In this document: in pieces, positions 48,449 to 58,982 of the stretch | How positions within the stretch are numbered: the stretch's first letter is position 1 | Layout: each line of letters opens with the position of its first letter | Source: an uncultured cyanobacterium | GTDB lineage: Bacteria; Cyanobacteriota; Cyanobacteriia; Cyanobacteriales; CAWCAG01 | Assembly (NCBI GenBank): GCA_963793425.1 | Contig: CAWCAG010000005.1 | Location: 960,001-1,024,000, forward strand | DNA: 64,000 nucleotides | Direction of reading: 5' to 3' | Translations under genes and position numbers: made by a program | The notes under the pieces: generated by a model | What the model was told of the DNA's origin: nothing | The model's input: only the letters and a program-made list of their open reading frames with translations | Databases searched by the model: none

Positions 48449-49339
48449 CTAGATGCTAATAGCAAAGTTTTGGCTGTAGCTGGTTTCTCCCAAAGCTACT
48501 TTGATACCAAATTTTTCTTGAGGAGAACCGCTAAATTCATAACGTAAGAAATTATCTCCTGAATTAGTTGTTATTTCTCGGAAAATTTCCCCTGTCTCTG
48601 TTAAGACCATTAATTTAAGATTAGTGGGTAATTTCTCTTGATTACCTTGAGGATATACCTGCAAGTTAATGACTAAATTATTATTTACTCCAGGAATTAA
48701 AGTAACTACTAAAATGACTGGAGTTGCTAATTCTATTAATTTTGCTCTTTTGACAGCCTGAGAACGAAAAGCAAAACTAGGAGTGCGAGGTGTTAGTAAT
48801 TCTTCTACTGCTTGCCAACCTTGAGTAAAAGCGTCTTGCAACCATTGCTGTAAATTGATTGGTTTAGTTTCTAAGCTATCAAGATATTCTAAAAAACTGT
48901 CTAAGGGTTGTAAATCTTTTCTTGATAATTGTTCTCGCTCGACAACAGAAGAGAATCCTAATAGTTCTACTTCATCTAAAGAATCCCTAAATCCTACTCC
49001 CATATAGCCGAGGCGATTGTATCTAACTTCTGTGGGCAAATGAATGTTTTCTTCTCCCCTTAAAAAAGGACGACATTCAATTTTTCCTAAGTTAGGTATA
49101 ACCAAATCTGCAACATCAAACAACGATATTAAACTAAGGTTCCAACTATCTCCTTGATTAACATCTGTCTCAATTTGCAGCCATTTTAAATAACGATGTA
49201 CTGCCCAAACAGCCAAAGTATTAAGATAAACTCTCAATCCTTTTTCTGGAGTACTTTGTTCAGCCGCAAATTCTTGAGCTAAATCACGAACTGCAACCGT
49301 AATTGGAACTTTTAAACCAGGAGTTATTGTACTATTCAT
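48449..49339 (-). CDS. DUF1822 family protein
   Basis: VYLNTLAVWAVHRYL, DVADLVIPNLGKIECRP, LLGF, NLQQWLQ...GWQAVEEL, C-terminal beta domain. Confidence 0.88.
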   Translation of the reverse strand: MNSTITPGLKVPITVAVRDLAQEFAAEQSTPEKGLRVYLNTLAVWAVHRYLKWLQIETDVNQGDSWNLSLISLFDVADLVIPNLGKIECRPFLRGEENIHLPTEVRYNRLGYMGVGFRDSLDEVELLGFSSVVEREQLSRKDLQPLDSFLEYLDSLETKPINLQQWLQDAFTQGWQAVEELLTPRTPSFAFRSQAVKRAKLIELATPVILVVTLIPGVNNNLVINLQVYPQGNQEKLPTNLKLMVLTETGEIFREITTNSGDNFLRYEFSGSPQEKFGIKVALGETSYSQNFAISI

Positions 49340-49363
49340 AACTTATTACTTACTACTTATTAC

Positions 49364-50119
49364 TTATTTCCGGTATCCCAAATCCAAAGCAATAGCTTGA
49401 AGCAAAGGAAGTCCTTTGTTTTTCCAATGCCAGTTAAGGGTGTGATAATTGATTTTTAAATCCTTAGCAATTGCTACCAATTTATCAGGAGGATATTTCA
49501 AAAGGAGACGTTGGGAAAGAACTAAACAGTTGCAGTGGGGATAATTACGAGGATGACAATTACGTAGGCTGCTATCTGGATCTTGCTCAATATAAGTTTT
49601 TAGTTTAATACCGGTACGACTATTTTGTCGCTTTTTTTGCTCCTCAGCAATCAGGGCTTGTTGTTCCCAAATTGTTGAAGGTTCATGAGTCGGAATCAAA
49701 TCCCTAAAAGTTTCATTTCCTTGTTCACCTATAGGTACATCAAGGGAAAGGGGAGGTTTACGTACCTGCTCTTTATACTCTACTTTAGCGGTTTTTGTAC
49801 TCTTCTTGCTACGACTGCGATAAGAAGAATTGAGATTTTTCACCTCATATTTCAAGCGCAATTTGTAATTAATCCAAGCAACTAAGCTTTTTTCTACAGC
49901 ATTAGCGGCTGGCTTGAATTCCTGGATTTCTGTAGCTAACCTCATTAAAGTATCGTCCAAAGCCTCCTGATAATCAGGGTGAGAGGATCTCGCTAATCCT
50001 GGCAATTGCTGAACTTCTTGTAATAGTTGGTTCATTGCTTTACGCCAAGGCAAGCTGCTTTTCGGCTGTTGACAAACAGTAGAAATGAGATTGCTTAAGA
50101 GTTCCTCCCTTGTGTTCAT
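49364..50119 (-). CDS. Divergent sigma-70-like factor of the type paired with DUF1822
   Basis: YQEAL...WINYKLR (region 2-like), PLSLDVPIG (region 3.2-like), IEQDP...L.NCH, HTH IAKDLKINYHTL. Confidence 0.75.
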   Translation of the reverse strand: MNTREELLSNLISTVCQQPKSSLPWRKAMNQLLQEVQQLPGLARSSHPDYQEALDDTLMRLATEIQEFKPAANAVEKSLVAWINYKLRLKYEVKNLNSSYRSRSKKSTKTAKVEYKEQVRKPPLSLDVPIGEQGNETFRDLIPTHEPSTIWEQQALIAEEQKKRQNSRTGIKLKTYIEQDPDSSLRNCHPRNYPHCNCLVLSQRLLLKYPPDKLVAIAKDLKINYHTLNWHWKNKGLPLLQAIALDLGYRK

Positions 50120-50241
50120 AAGTTTGAACTATATTTTTTTGTTTAATTATAAATAAATGTAACAAAAAACCGAATTCCTTCTCAAATTCTCTGTTATTGA
50201 CTGAGAGAAAAATGAACTGATAGCAAAAGGGAGCATAGTGG

Positions 50242-50916
50242 ATGAATTACTTTGGGATCTTAATGGATTTTTTGCGAAATCGTTCTCAGTTTCTAGATAA
50301 TCTTGACAAAGAGGCAAAGCTAGAAAAGTATACTGTTGCCCTACTTATTTGTAGCTCTTTATTTTTTGCAATTTATGGGGCAATCATTGGTTCTTTTAGT
50401 GGCTGGCTGCAAATGCTAGCTTCAGCAGTTAAGTTGCCAGCTTTGTACTTGCTTACCTTAATAATTTGCTTGCCAACTTTATACTTTTTAGATGTAATTT
50501 CTGGCTCTAAACGCACCTTTAATCAGTATCTTGCCCTACTCTTAGCTGGCATGGCTATTATTAGTGTGACCCTACTTGGTTTAGCGCCTGTAACCCTGTT
50601 TTTTCGCATTTCAATTAATGATTATACCTTCTTTAAACTCTGGAATGTAGCCATATTTATATTCACAGGTTTGGTTGGCGTTACTTTCTTTTATCGTAGC
50701 ACTATTTATTTAGGACGTTCTGAAGAAAGATCGCCCGAAAGAAGTAAGCAAATTATCAAACCTTGGTTATTTCTATATGGTTTAGTAGGTAGTCAATTGG
50801 GATGGGTATTAAGACCTTTTTTCGGCTCTCCAGATCGTCCTTTCCAGCTTTTTCGCGAAATAGAAAGCAACTTTTATTTGCATTTTTGGAAACTTATTGT
50901 CAATACTTTCAACTGA
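50242..50916 (+). CDS. Yip1-like multi-TM membrane protein (often mislabelled WH2 domain protein)
   Basis: SAVKLPALYLLTLIICLPTLYF and YGLVGSQLGWVLRPFFG. Confidence 0.75.
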   Translation: MNYFGILMDFLRNRSQFLDNLDKEAKLEKYTVALLICSSLFFAIYGAIIGSFSGWLQMLASAVKLPALYLLTLIICLPTLYFLDVISGSKRTFNQYLALLLAGMAIISVTLLGLAPVTLFFRISINDYTFFKLWNVAIFIFTGLVGVTFFYRSTIYLGRSEERSPERSKQIIKPWLFLYGLVGSQLGWVLRPFFGSPDRPFQLFREIESNFYLHFWKLIVNTFN

Positions 50917-50971
50917 AAAATGATTGCACTATGAGCAGTTTGCCTAAAATGAAAAGAGTAGCTAAATACCA

Positions 50972-51685
50972 ATGGAAATTGATTTAGAAAGCTTAAAATT
51001 AACTCCAGAACAACTGGAAGACTTGGTAGAATTAGATACTAGCACTACTATTGCTGTGGATTTTTACCGAGCCTTTGTCTTCAAAAAACCTCAGCAAATC
51101 TTTTCTGTACTAATTACTGAGTTAGCCTTGTTCGTGGCAATGCTCATTTCTATTTATCCTATCACTCTAATCATTCTCAGAAATTCAAACAACCTACCAA
51201 CAACTACTGCTGGAACAAATCAACTTTTACTGGTACTTTTGTTTTTTTCTTTGGTTTGTTTAGCAGGAATAAATGCTTATATTTGGCGAGGGGCTAAAAG
51301 TTTGAAATCTTTAGCTAGATTAATGGAGGAAACTGATAAGTATAATAGTGTTGTTCACACTCTTGAAGTTATGGAAAGACTAGACTCAGTTAGTGGCGCA
51401 AATAGTATTCAAAATCGTGGAGAAGTTTTTGAGATATTACAAGCGACAAAGAGGAGTTTAATTAGTGCTGTTAATATTGAAAAAGTGATGAGGAAACACC
51501 AAGGTTTCCTCGCCAATCGTCAAGACTTAGTTACAAGTTTGGAAAATAACTTAACGACTTTAATCACTTTTGATCCTAGTAGCGCTGCTCAAGAATATCA
51601 ACAACTACTTAATGACACCTTACAAATTGGTATGACAGTACATAAAGAGGTAGGAAAATTACAGAGTCGTAGGAGAAAAACCTAA
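50972..51685 (+). CDS. Hypothetical two-TM coiled-coil membrane protein
   Basis: Two TM helices followed by a helical soluble domain. Confidence 0.75.
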   Translation: MEIDLESLKLTPEQLEDLVELDTSTTIAVDFYRAFVFKKPQQIFSVLITELALFVAMLISIYPITLIILRNSNNLPTTTAGTNQLLLVLLFFSLVCLAGINAYIWRGAKSLKSLARLMEETDKYNSVVHTLEVMERLDSVSGANSIQNRGEVFEILQATKRSLISAVNIEKVMRKHQGFLANRQDLVTSLENNLTTLITFDPSSAAQEYQQLLNDTLQIGMTVHKEVGKLQSRRRKT

Positions 51686-51707
51686 GACTCTGGTGAAATT
51701 ATCCGTG

Positions 51708-52538
51708 TTAAAAGTTATAGCCAACTCCTAATAATAATCCTACCGCCGGATTATCAAACAATGTGGCATTAATTGCCGCAGTAGCGGAAATATTACGAGA
51801 CAAAGGTACATCAACTCCTCCTGTTGCTAAGAAGTCTACGCCAGAATCATCTCCTGTAGAAATAGCAGCACCTGCACCAATATAAGGAGAAATTCTCAAC
51901 CCTAAATCTCCGGATACATTTTCTGTTATTTCAGTAACTCCAGGAACAAAATCAAAGGTCACAGGTAATAAAATAGTCGCGTCGTCTGAGAATAAAACGG
52001 CAGGTCTGGCAGAGATATTGCGAGTTACACCAATTTTACTAAAAATAGTAAAACTCGTATCTCCTAGAGCCGTATCTCCATCTCCTATGCCAATATTAGC
52101 ACCAACACCAACGTAGCTAGGTCCTGAACGAGTAGACCGACCGAAGTTAACATCACTTTGTCCTACAATAGTCTCATTTTCTGCGGATTGAGATGTTTGG
52201 GAGGGGGAGGTAGTAACAGCTAACAAAGAATCTTCAGTATTAGTTGCTTCTAAATCAGCAGCAGTAGTAGAAATATCTTGCTGTTGGGATAAAGAATCTT
52301 CAGTATTAGTTGCTTCTAAATCAGCAGCAGTAGTAGAAATATCTTGCTGTTGGGATAAAGAATCTTCAGTATTAGTTACTTCTAAATCGGCAGCAGTAGT
52401 AGAAATATCTTGCTGTTGGGATAAAGCGATCGCTTTGTTACTGAGAGGTGCAGATTCTGCTAAGGCTGCTGATAAACTGAAAGCAATAGATAAAACAGTA
52501 GTACCGAAAAAAGCACCCACTTTTTTTAGGAGTTTCAT
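51708..52538 (-). CDS. Exported protein with N-terminal tandem repeats and outer-membrane beta-barrel-like C-terminus
   Basis: Signal peptide, alternating beta strands, terminal GVGYNF (C-terminal Phe signature). Confidence 0.8.
   Translation of the reverse strand: MKLLKKVGAFFGTTVLSIAFSLSAALAESAPLSNKAIALSQQQDISTTAADLEVTNTEDSLSQQQDISTTAADLEATNTEDSLSQQQDISTTAADLEATNTEDSLLAVTTSPSQTSQSAENETIVGQSDVNFGRSTRSGPSYVGVGANIGIGDGDTALGDTSFTIFSKIGVTRNISARPAVLFSDDATILLPVTFDFVPGVTEITENVSGDLGLRISPYIGAGAAISTGDDSGVDFLATGGVDVPLSRNISATAAINATLFDNPAVGLLLGVGYNF
52225..52426. repeat. Three tandem 66-bp in-frame repeats (22 aa: LSQQQDISTTAADLE[VA]TNTEDS)
   Basis: Units start at 52225, 52291 and 52357; two are identical and the third differs at two positions. 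Confidence 0.92.
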
Positions 52539-52791
52539 AAGCTCTAAAGAAAAATTAATTAAGGAAAAACTGGCACATTAAAGTAGCCTTAATAACTTGA
52601 ATTTAATTAAAGCTACGATTAAGACTATCCACTATAACTTAACTTCTGTTCATCCTTTACTTTGTATTCCTTTAGACTGCTAAATGATGTTCCCAAAAAA
52701 CTTACAATTATACCCAAAGGATGATACGGAAAATTAAAGCTAAAGAAGAAATTTCTTGCGCCAAAATACTACTCAATCAGTCTTTAGTATA

Positions 52792-53904
52792 TTATTTCAA
52801 TTCCTCAAGCATTTTCTTTGTTTCCTTAATCCCTTCTTCGTTATTTTGAGAACGATATAACCTAAGAGCAGTTTCTAAACTTTCTTTAGCTTCGCGATCT
52901 CTGGATCTATTGTGTAAAGCAACTCCTAAATTATAATGAGCATCGGGATTATCTGGGGCTAATTCTGCATAGCGGCGGAAAGCAATTATCGCCATCAGAT
53001 AGTTTTCTTGATCCAGCATGATTTTACCGATCGCAGCCTGGGCTGAGGGAGAATCATCTTCTAGGCTGACAGCTTTTTGATAGGATGCTAAAGCCCCTGC
53101 GCTATCTCCTTGGGCTTGAAGAATGTTACCAATTTGTAGGTAAATCTTAGAGTTGTTGGGGCTAAGTTTAGCAGCTTCTTGTAATTCTTTCAATCCTGCA
53201 TCCACTTTGCCTTCTTGTAACAAAGCGATCGCTAACTGGAGGCGTAGGTTACCATTACGAGGAGAACGAGTAACAGCAGGTTGAAGGATTTCAATAGCCT
53301 CTTTGTTACGTCCTTCTTCTAAAAGCGCCGCTCCAATAATTGTGTAACCTTCGCTATAACCGGGATCAATAGCAATGGCTTTTTTATAGGCTTCTACTGC
53401 GGCGCTATATTCCCCGGCACGAAGCAATACAACCCCTAAACCCATATGATTCTTAGGTTCGGTGGGGTTAAGCGTGATCGCTTGACGATAAGCATTTGCT
53501 GCGTTGCTGTTGTCCCCAGCATTGGCAAAGCTATAACCTAGAGCATAATAAAACTCGGCATTTTGGGGATCAAGGCGAACAGCTTGTTGATAGGCTTGTG
53601 CTGCTTGAGAATAGTTACCTTGACGAGCTTCTAGATAGCCAATGCCAGAGAAGATTTTGGCATTTTCTCTATCTAAGCTAGCTGCTTGTTGATAAGCTGC
53701 TACAGCGTTGGAGTAATTACCTTTGTCTGCATATTCCCTCGCCTGTCGGAGTAGCTCATTAAGCCTCTCAGCGTTAGGATTGTTTTGTGCCAACAAAACA
53801 GGTTCGTTTGCTTGGGCGATCGCCGGAGTAAAAATACCCCAACCAGCTAAGCAAAGACTGGCAACCAGAGAAAGACTCTTTTTCGTAAAGATTTTTTGTG
53901 ACAC
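52792..53904 (-). CDS. Exported tetratricopeptide repeat protein
   Basis: Signal peptide plus about nine TPRs (AAYQQAASLD, YYALGYSFA, HYNLGVAL). Confidence 0.9.
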   Translation of the reverse strand: MSQKIFTKKSLSLVASLCLAGWGIFTPAIAQANEPVLLAQNNPNAERLNELLRQAREYADKGNYSNAVAAYQQAASLDRENAKIFSGIGYLEARQGNYSQAAQAYQQAVRLDPQNAEFYYALGYSFANAGDNSNAANAYRQAITLNPTEPKNHMGLGVVLLRAGEYSAAVEAYKKAIAIDPGYSEGYTIIGAALLEEGRNKEAIEILQPAVTRSPRNGNLRLQLAIALLQEGKVDAGLKELQEAAKLSPNNSKIYLQIGNILQAQGDSAGALASYQKAVSLEDDSPSAQAAIGKIMLDQENYLMAIIAFRRYAELAPDNPDAHYNLGVALHNRSRDREAKESLETALRLYRSQNNEEGIKETKKMLEELK

Positions 53905-54192
53905 GGCTCAATTTACTAGTAGTGTGAGTTAGAATTCCTTTATGATAGAAAAAGCTCTGTGGCTTTTTGCTCTTTTGGTTTTAGGGACTAGGTAAACCGT
54001 TAAGTTAACTAAGAAGTCTAAAGCCGAGGAAATTCTTATGGAGGTCAGTTGATGATTTTACAGCAACTGGCTAAATTTGCATACCCATATTTACAGACTT
54101 GAAATTATTAAATCCTGATATAAGTTCAACTAATTTCTTAAATAGGCGATCGCTTCTCAATTACAGTCATCTAAAATGCAACATAAGAGGCT

Positions 54193-55332
54193 TTAAAGTA
54201 AAAAGTTATTCCCATCTAAATCATCCCTTAATTCAGGATAGTGCAATGGGTCAACTTGCAATAATTCACCCTCAGTATTAATCACACCAGAACGAGACAA
54301 AACTTGCACCAGATGTTGCACAATATCCTCATCATCTCCCAAACTATAGGCTAAATGAGGCAAAGTTATTTTTCCGTGGAGTAGCAACGAATAAAGTAAA
54401 TAATGTTGGTTATGGGATAAATTTGGTAAATCTGGTAAATAGGGATTTTCTACTTGGATCTTTTTTTGTTCTTCTTCAGAGGAATTAGTAATCTCACAAC
54501 TTAGGGAATGTAAAAATAATTGTCTTGCTACACTACTAATACCCCCAGACCTGGCGGTTAATCTTTTAAAATATTTTTGTTGTGCGGTTTCCTGTTCTTC
54601 TTTTTCCAAATTGCTACTAAAACCTATTTTTGCTTCAGTAATAATTGGGTCTAACCAAGCTTGCAAATCTTCTTCTTCTAAGGGTGGTAAAGAAAAAGTT
54701 TGGTCAAAATAGGCTTCTATTTTATCTACGTAATTAAGATATTGCCAACTAATTTGCTGAGCGCCAATTAACCAAAAGCGCGAACGATCTTTAAGTACTA
54801 TATCCCTTAAATAATCAACGCCGTCAAGACCTTCCACACCACGCAAAAAGCACCAACTTAAGTTAGGGATCACCACAATTTCTTCAAATCCTTCCTCCGC
54901 AGCTAAAGTTGCTCTTCCTAACTGGGAACGCAGTTTTTCTGGTATATTTCTAAAATCATGGGGTCGCTCATTCCAGGGCAAGAATTTGTAGGGAATTTGT
55001 TGTTTTTCTGGTAATTGCTTCAAACTTTCCCTAAGTAAACAAGATACTGACTCTACAGGAGTAGTTAAAAACACGAAACTATTAGAAGAAGTAGCCGGAT
55101 GTTCGCGCCAATCACTTAAAGCGGCTTCTAAAGCTACTTGAAAAGCCTCCTGTTGAGTAGGAGGAATGGGCAAGTTATTCACTAGCTTAGTAAGATGTTG
55201 AAGAAGCTCTGAGGGTAATTTGGTCAGGTTTTCTTCTGGTGCTGTCTCTGCTTCATCTCCAGAAAACCAAGATTTAAGCCCTTTATAAGCGTCATGCAAC
55301 CAAGTTTCTAGAGAGTCCCAGGGATTGAACAC
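54193..55332 (-). CDS. Hypothetical protein, degenerate P-loop-like region plus C-terminal winged helix
   Basis: IVVIPNL...FWLIG segment and LLYSLLLHGKITLPHLA...L.R.G.I C-terminus. Confidence 0.65.
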   Translation of the reverse strand: MFNPWDSLETWLHDAYKGLKSWFSGDEAETAPEENLTKLPSELLQHLTKLVNNLPIPPTQQEAFQVALEAALSDWREHPATSSNSFVFLTTPVESVSCLLRESLKQLPEKQQIPYKFLPWNERPHDFRNIPEKLRSQLGRATLAAEEGFEEIVVIPNLSWCFLRGVEGLDGVDYLRDIVLKDRSRFWLIGAQQISWQYLNYVDKIEAYFDQTFSLPPLEEEDLQAWLDPIITEAKIGFSSNLEKEEQETAQQKYFKRLTARSGGISSVARQLFLHSLSCEITNSSEEEQKKIQVENPYLPDLPNLSHNQHYLLYSLLLHGKITLPHLAYSLGDDEDIVQHLVQVLSRSGVINTEGELLQVDPLHYPELRDDLDGNNFLL

Positions 55333-55478
55333 AAGTTATACCATTGAGCATTAAACATTAAACATTAGATCATTAATTCTTTATTCTAAAGCTGGTACAC
55401 TCAAAATTTATCCCCAAGATACAGGGGATAAATTCTCGGACGGCGCTAAAATGTTAAGGACTGTTAAATGCTGTCTTT

Positions 55479-58373
55479 ATGTCTCAATCTCTCAACCTCT
55501 CAGACTCCTTACCTAATACTAACCAAAATGGTTCTCGCCGCGAAAGTCGCAATACTATTCGTATTCGTGGTGCGAGACAGCATAACCTCAAAAATATTGA
55601 CTTAGAAATTCCCCGCGATCGCCTGATTGTGTTTACAGGGGTTTCTGGTTCAGGAAAATCTTCTTTAGCCTTTGATACCATTTTTGCTGAAGGGCAACGC
55701 CGCTACGTAGAGTCCCTCAGTGCCTACGCTAGGCAATTTTTAGGGCAGTTAGATAAGCCCGATGTAGATGCCATTGAAGGGTTAAGCCCAGCCATCTCCA
55801 TTGACCAAAAATCCACTTCCCACAATCCTCGTTCTAGTGTAGGGACGGTTACAGAAATTTATGACTATTTGAGGTTATTATTTGGTCGGGCAGGAGAACC
55901 CCATTGTCCGGTTTGTGATCGCAACATTGCCCCCCAAACCATTGATGAAATGTGCGATCGCATCACCGAACTTGCTGATGGAACTCGCTTCCAAATTTTG
56001 GCCCCGGTGGTGAGAGGGAAAAAAGGAACCCACAAAAAACTAATTTCTGCCCTAGCAGCAGAAGGTTTTGTCCGAATTAGGGTAGATGGGGAAATTCGGG
56101 AACTTAGTGATGCTATTGAATTAAATAAAAATCACCAACACAATATTGAAATTGTGGTGGATCGTTTAATTAAAAAGCCTGATGTACAGGAACGTTTAGC
56201 TGATTCTTTGGCTACCTGTTTAAAAAGGGCTGAAGGTATTGCTGTGGTTTTGACAGTACCAAAAGAAGGAACAGAAGAACAGGCACAGGAAATAGTCTTC
56301 TCAGAAAACTTTGCCTGTCCTGAACACGGGGCAGTAATGCAGGAACTCTCCCCCCGTTTATTTTCTTTCAATTCTCCCTACGGTGCTTGCCCTAGCTGTC
56401 ATGGTTTAGGTAACTTAAGAAAGTTTGCCCCAGAATTAATCATACCCGACCCCGATAAACCAGTTTACGCAGCCATCGCCCCTTGGTCAGAAAAAGACAA
56501 TACCTATTACCTTTCCCTATTATTTGGAGTAGCGAAAGCCTACGATTTTGAAATTGCTACCCAATGGAAAAATCTTACCCCTCAACAACAAGAAATCCTT
56601 CTTTATGGCAGTGAGGAAGAGATTTATATTGAAGGAGAAACCTATCGGGGAGAACACCGAGGTTATCATAAGCGTTATGCTGGTATCCTCCCCATGTTGG
56701 AACGCCAATATGAATCTTCTTCAGACAAGTACAAAGAAAAGTTAGAACAGTATTTAGTTAACCAAACTTGCGAAGCCTGTGGGGGCAAACGCTTAAAACC
56801 GGAATCTTTAGCTGTACGTTTAGGGCAATGTCGAATCACTGATTTAACCGCAGTTAATATCAATCAGTGCATAGATAAAATTAGTAATTTGCAACTTTCC
56901 CCCCGCCAAGCCCAAATTGGTGATTTGGCCCTGAAAGAAATTCAAGCCCGGTTACAATTTCTCTTGGATGTAGGCTTAGACTATCTTACCCTCGATAGGG
57001 CCGCCATGACCCTTTCTGGGGGAGAAGCACAACGCATCCGCTTAGCAACGCAAATTGGGGCAGGTTTAACGGGGGTACTTTATGTTTTAGATGAACCTAG
57101 TATCGGTTTACATCAAAGAGACAATAGCCGCTTGTTAAACACCCTCAAAAAACTGCGAGACTTGGGCAACACCTTAATTGTGGTAGAACACGATGAAGAA
57201 ACAATCCGCAATGCCGACCAAATTGTGGATATTGGCCCCCATGCAGGTATTCATGGTGGTGAGATTGTGGTACAAGGTGATTTGAAGGCTTTATTGAAAA
57301 ATAAAAAGTCCCTCACCGGGGCCTATTTATCTGGCAGAAAAGCGATCACAACTCCAAAAGAACGCCGCGAAGGTAAGGGACGTTCCTTAATCCTCAAAGA
57401 CTGCTATCGTAACAACCTCCAACATATTGATGTCGAAATACCTTTAGGAAAACTAGTCTGCGTCACCGGAGTTTCTGGTTCAGGAAAATCTACCTTAGTT
57501 AATGAACTCCTTTATCCTGCCCTCAAACATCACTTAACTAAAAATATCCCTTTCCCCAACAATTTGGGCCAAATCAAAGGATTAAAAGCAATTGATAAAG
57601 CCATTGTAATTGATCAATCCCCCATTGGCAGAACTCCCCGTTCCAACCCTGCCACCTACACAGGAGTTTTTGATGTCATCCGCAGTATCTTTGCAGAAAC
57701 CATTGAAGCAAAAGCAAGGGGTTACAAACCAGGGCGCTTTTCTTTTAATGTTAAAGGGGGGCGGTGTGAAGCTTGTGGGGGACAGGGAGTTAATGTAATT
57801 GAAATGAACTTCCTGCCTAATGTTTATGTGCAATGCGAAATTTGCAAAGGTGCGCGATACAACAGGGAGACTTTGCAAGTTAAATTCAAAGACAAATCCA
57901 TTGCTGATGTTTTAGGGATGACGGTGGAGGAAGCTTTGGAGGTTTTCAAGAATATTCCTAGGGCTGCCAATCGTTTACAAACCTTGTTAGACGTAGGTTT
58001 AGGCTACATTAAATTAGGACAACCTGCCCCTACTTTATCCGGGGGAGAAGCCCAAAGAGTTAAATTAGCTTCAGAATTATCTCGTCGTGCCACAGGCAAA
58101 ACCCTTTATTTAATCGACGAACCCACCACAGGTTTATCTTTTTATGATGTCCATCACCTTTTAAATGTCTTACAACGCTTGGTAGATAAGGGTAACTCTA
58201 TTTTAGTTATTGAACATAACTTAGATGTCATTCGCTGCGCCGATTGGATTATTGATTTAGGTCCAGAAGGAGGCGATCGCGGGGGAGAAATAATTGCCAT
58301 AGGAACTCCAGAAACCGTTGCTAAGGAGCAAAAATCCTACACTGGGAAGTATTTGCAACAGGTTTTAGCTTAA
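55479..58373 (+). CDS. uvrA: Excinuclease ABC subunit A
   Basis: GARQHNLKNI, two GVSGSGKS Walker A, zinc fingers, two LSGGEAQR signatures. Confidence 0.98.
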   Translation: MSQSLNLSDSLPNTNQNGSRRESRNTIRIRGARQHNLKNIDLEIPRDRLIVFTGVSGSGKSSLAFDTIFAEGQRRYVESLSAYARQFLGQLDKPDVDAIEGLSPAISIDQKSTSHNPRSSVGTVTEIYDYLRLLFGRAGEPHCPVCDRNIAPQTIDEMCDRITELADGTRFQILAPVVRGKKGTHKKLISALAAEGFVRIRVDGEIRELSDAIELNKNHQHNIEIVVDRLIKKPDVQERLADSLATCLKRAEGIAVVLTVPKEGTEEQAQEIVFSENFACPEHGAVMQELSPRLFSFNSPYGACPSCHGLGNLRKFAPELIIPDPDKPVYAAIAPWSEKDNTYYLSLLFGVAKAYDFEIATQWKNLTPQQQEILLYGSEEEIYIEGETYRGEHRGYHKRYAGILPMLERQYESSSDKYKEKLEQYLVNQTCEACGGKRLKPESLAVRLGQCRITDLTAVNINQCIDKISNLQLSPRQAQIGDLALKEIQARLQFLLDVGLDYLTLDRAAMTLSGGEAQRIRLATQIGAGLTGVLYVLDEPSIGLHQRDNSRLLNTLKKLRDLGNTLIVVEHDEETIRNADQIVDIGPHAGIHGGEIVVQGDLKALLKNKKSLTGAYLSGRKAITTPKERREGKGRSLILKDCYRNNLQHIDVEIPLGKLVCVTGVSGSGKSTLVNELLYPALKHHLTKNIPFPNNLGQIKGLKAIDKAIVIDQSPIGRTPRSNPATYTGVFDVIRSIFAETIEAKARGYKPGRFSFNVKGGRCEACGGQGVNVIEMNFLPNVYVQCEICKGARYNRETLQVKFKDKSIADVLGMTVEEALEVFKNIPRAANRLQTLLDVGLGYIKLGQPAPTLSGGEAQRVKLASELSRRATGKTLYLIDEPTTGLSFYDVHHLLNVLQRLVDKGNSILVIEHNLDVIRCADWIIDLGPEGGDRGGEIIAIGTPETVAKEQKSYTGKYLQQVLA

Positions 58374-58401
58374 ACAGGCTGTTTTTTTTAGTGAGTTAAA
58401 T

Positions 58402-58881
58402 CTACTCCTCCACCTTATCCACATTTCCTCCCTTAACCCAACCTTGGCGATCGCTATCAGGAATGCGTACCTGTTGCCATCTACCATTCTCACTCTCTTT
58501 AAGAACAATAACTTCTTCATCAAAAGCAATGCCCCCAAGTTGTCCTGCATCTTCATCAGGTTGATCCCGTAAAATCAAACCATCAGGCCAATTTACTGTT
58601 GCTTTATAAGCCCCTGGTTCTAATTTTTCTTCCTCTTCTTCTTTTTCTTCTTCTTCTTCCTCCTCCCCTTCAGGAGGACTTACTTTAGCTTGAGGCTGTT
58701 CTTTTTGTTGGGAAGCTGAATCAGTATCTTGATCTTGTTCCTCAGCAAAAACTGGTCTGGGAGGACTCGCTGACATTTTCGTAAAGAAATAATACCCAGC
58801 AGTAAAACCTACTCCTCCTAAAATAGCTATACCGACAATAAAGCCAATAATCAATTGTAAAAGTCGGGAAATTGTTTTCAT
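58402..58881 (-). CDS. Membrane-anchored SH3 domain protein
   Basis: N-terminal TM, acidic linker, GLILRDQP...W..VR.....GWV SH3b motif. Confidence 0.85.
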   Translation of the reverse strand: MKTISRLLQLIIGFIVGIAILGGVGFTAGYYFFTKMSASPPRPVFAEEQDQDTDSASQQKEQPQAKVSPPEGEEEEEEEKEEEEEKLEPGAYKATVNWPDGLILRDQPDEDAGQLGGIAFDEEVIVLKESENGRWQQVRIPDSDRQGWVKGGNVDKVEE

Positions 58882-58982
58882 TATTTCCTTTAGTTTTAAT
58901 TAGAACTCTTATTTGGTAGTTAATTTTTAAACTATCTTCTCTTTTCTCGTTTTCTGGGATAATTCCGAGAAAAAGTATCTCT

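Noticed and set aside
45500..50240. Island as a prophage or IS element
   Set aside because: No integrase, transposase, structural genes, tRNA target or flanking direct repeats seen
52225..52426. Possible CRISPR array (about 66-bp periodicity)
   Set aside because: The whole unit repeats with no unique spacers, it is in frame inside a CDS, and there are no cas genes
55340..55478. LexA box upstream of uvrA
   Set aside because: Only a GGTAC half-site; the second half of the cyanobacterial RGTAC-N3-DGTWCB motif is missing
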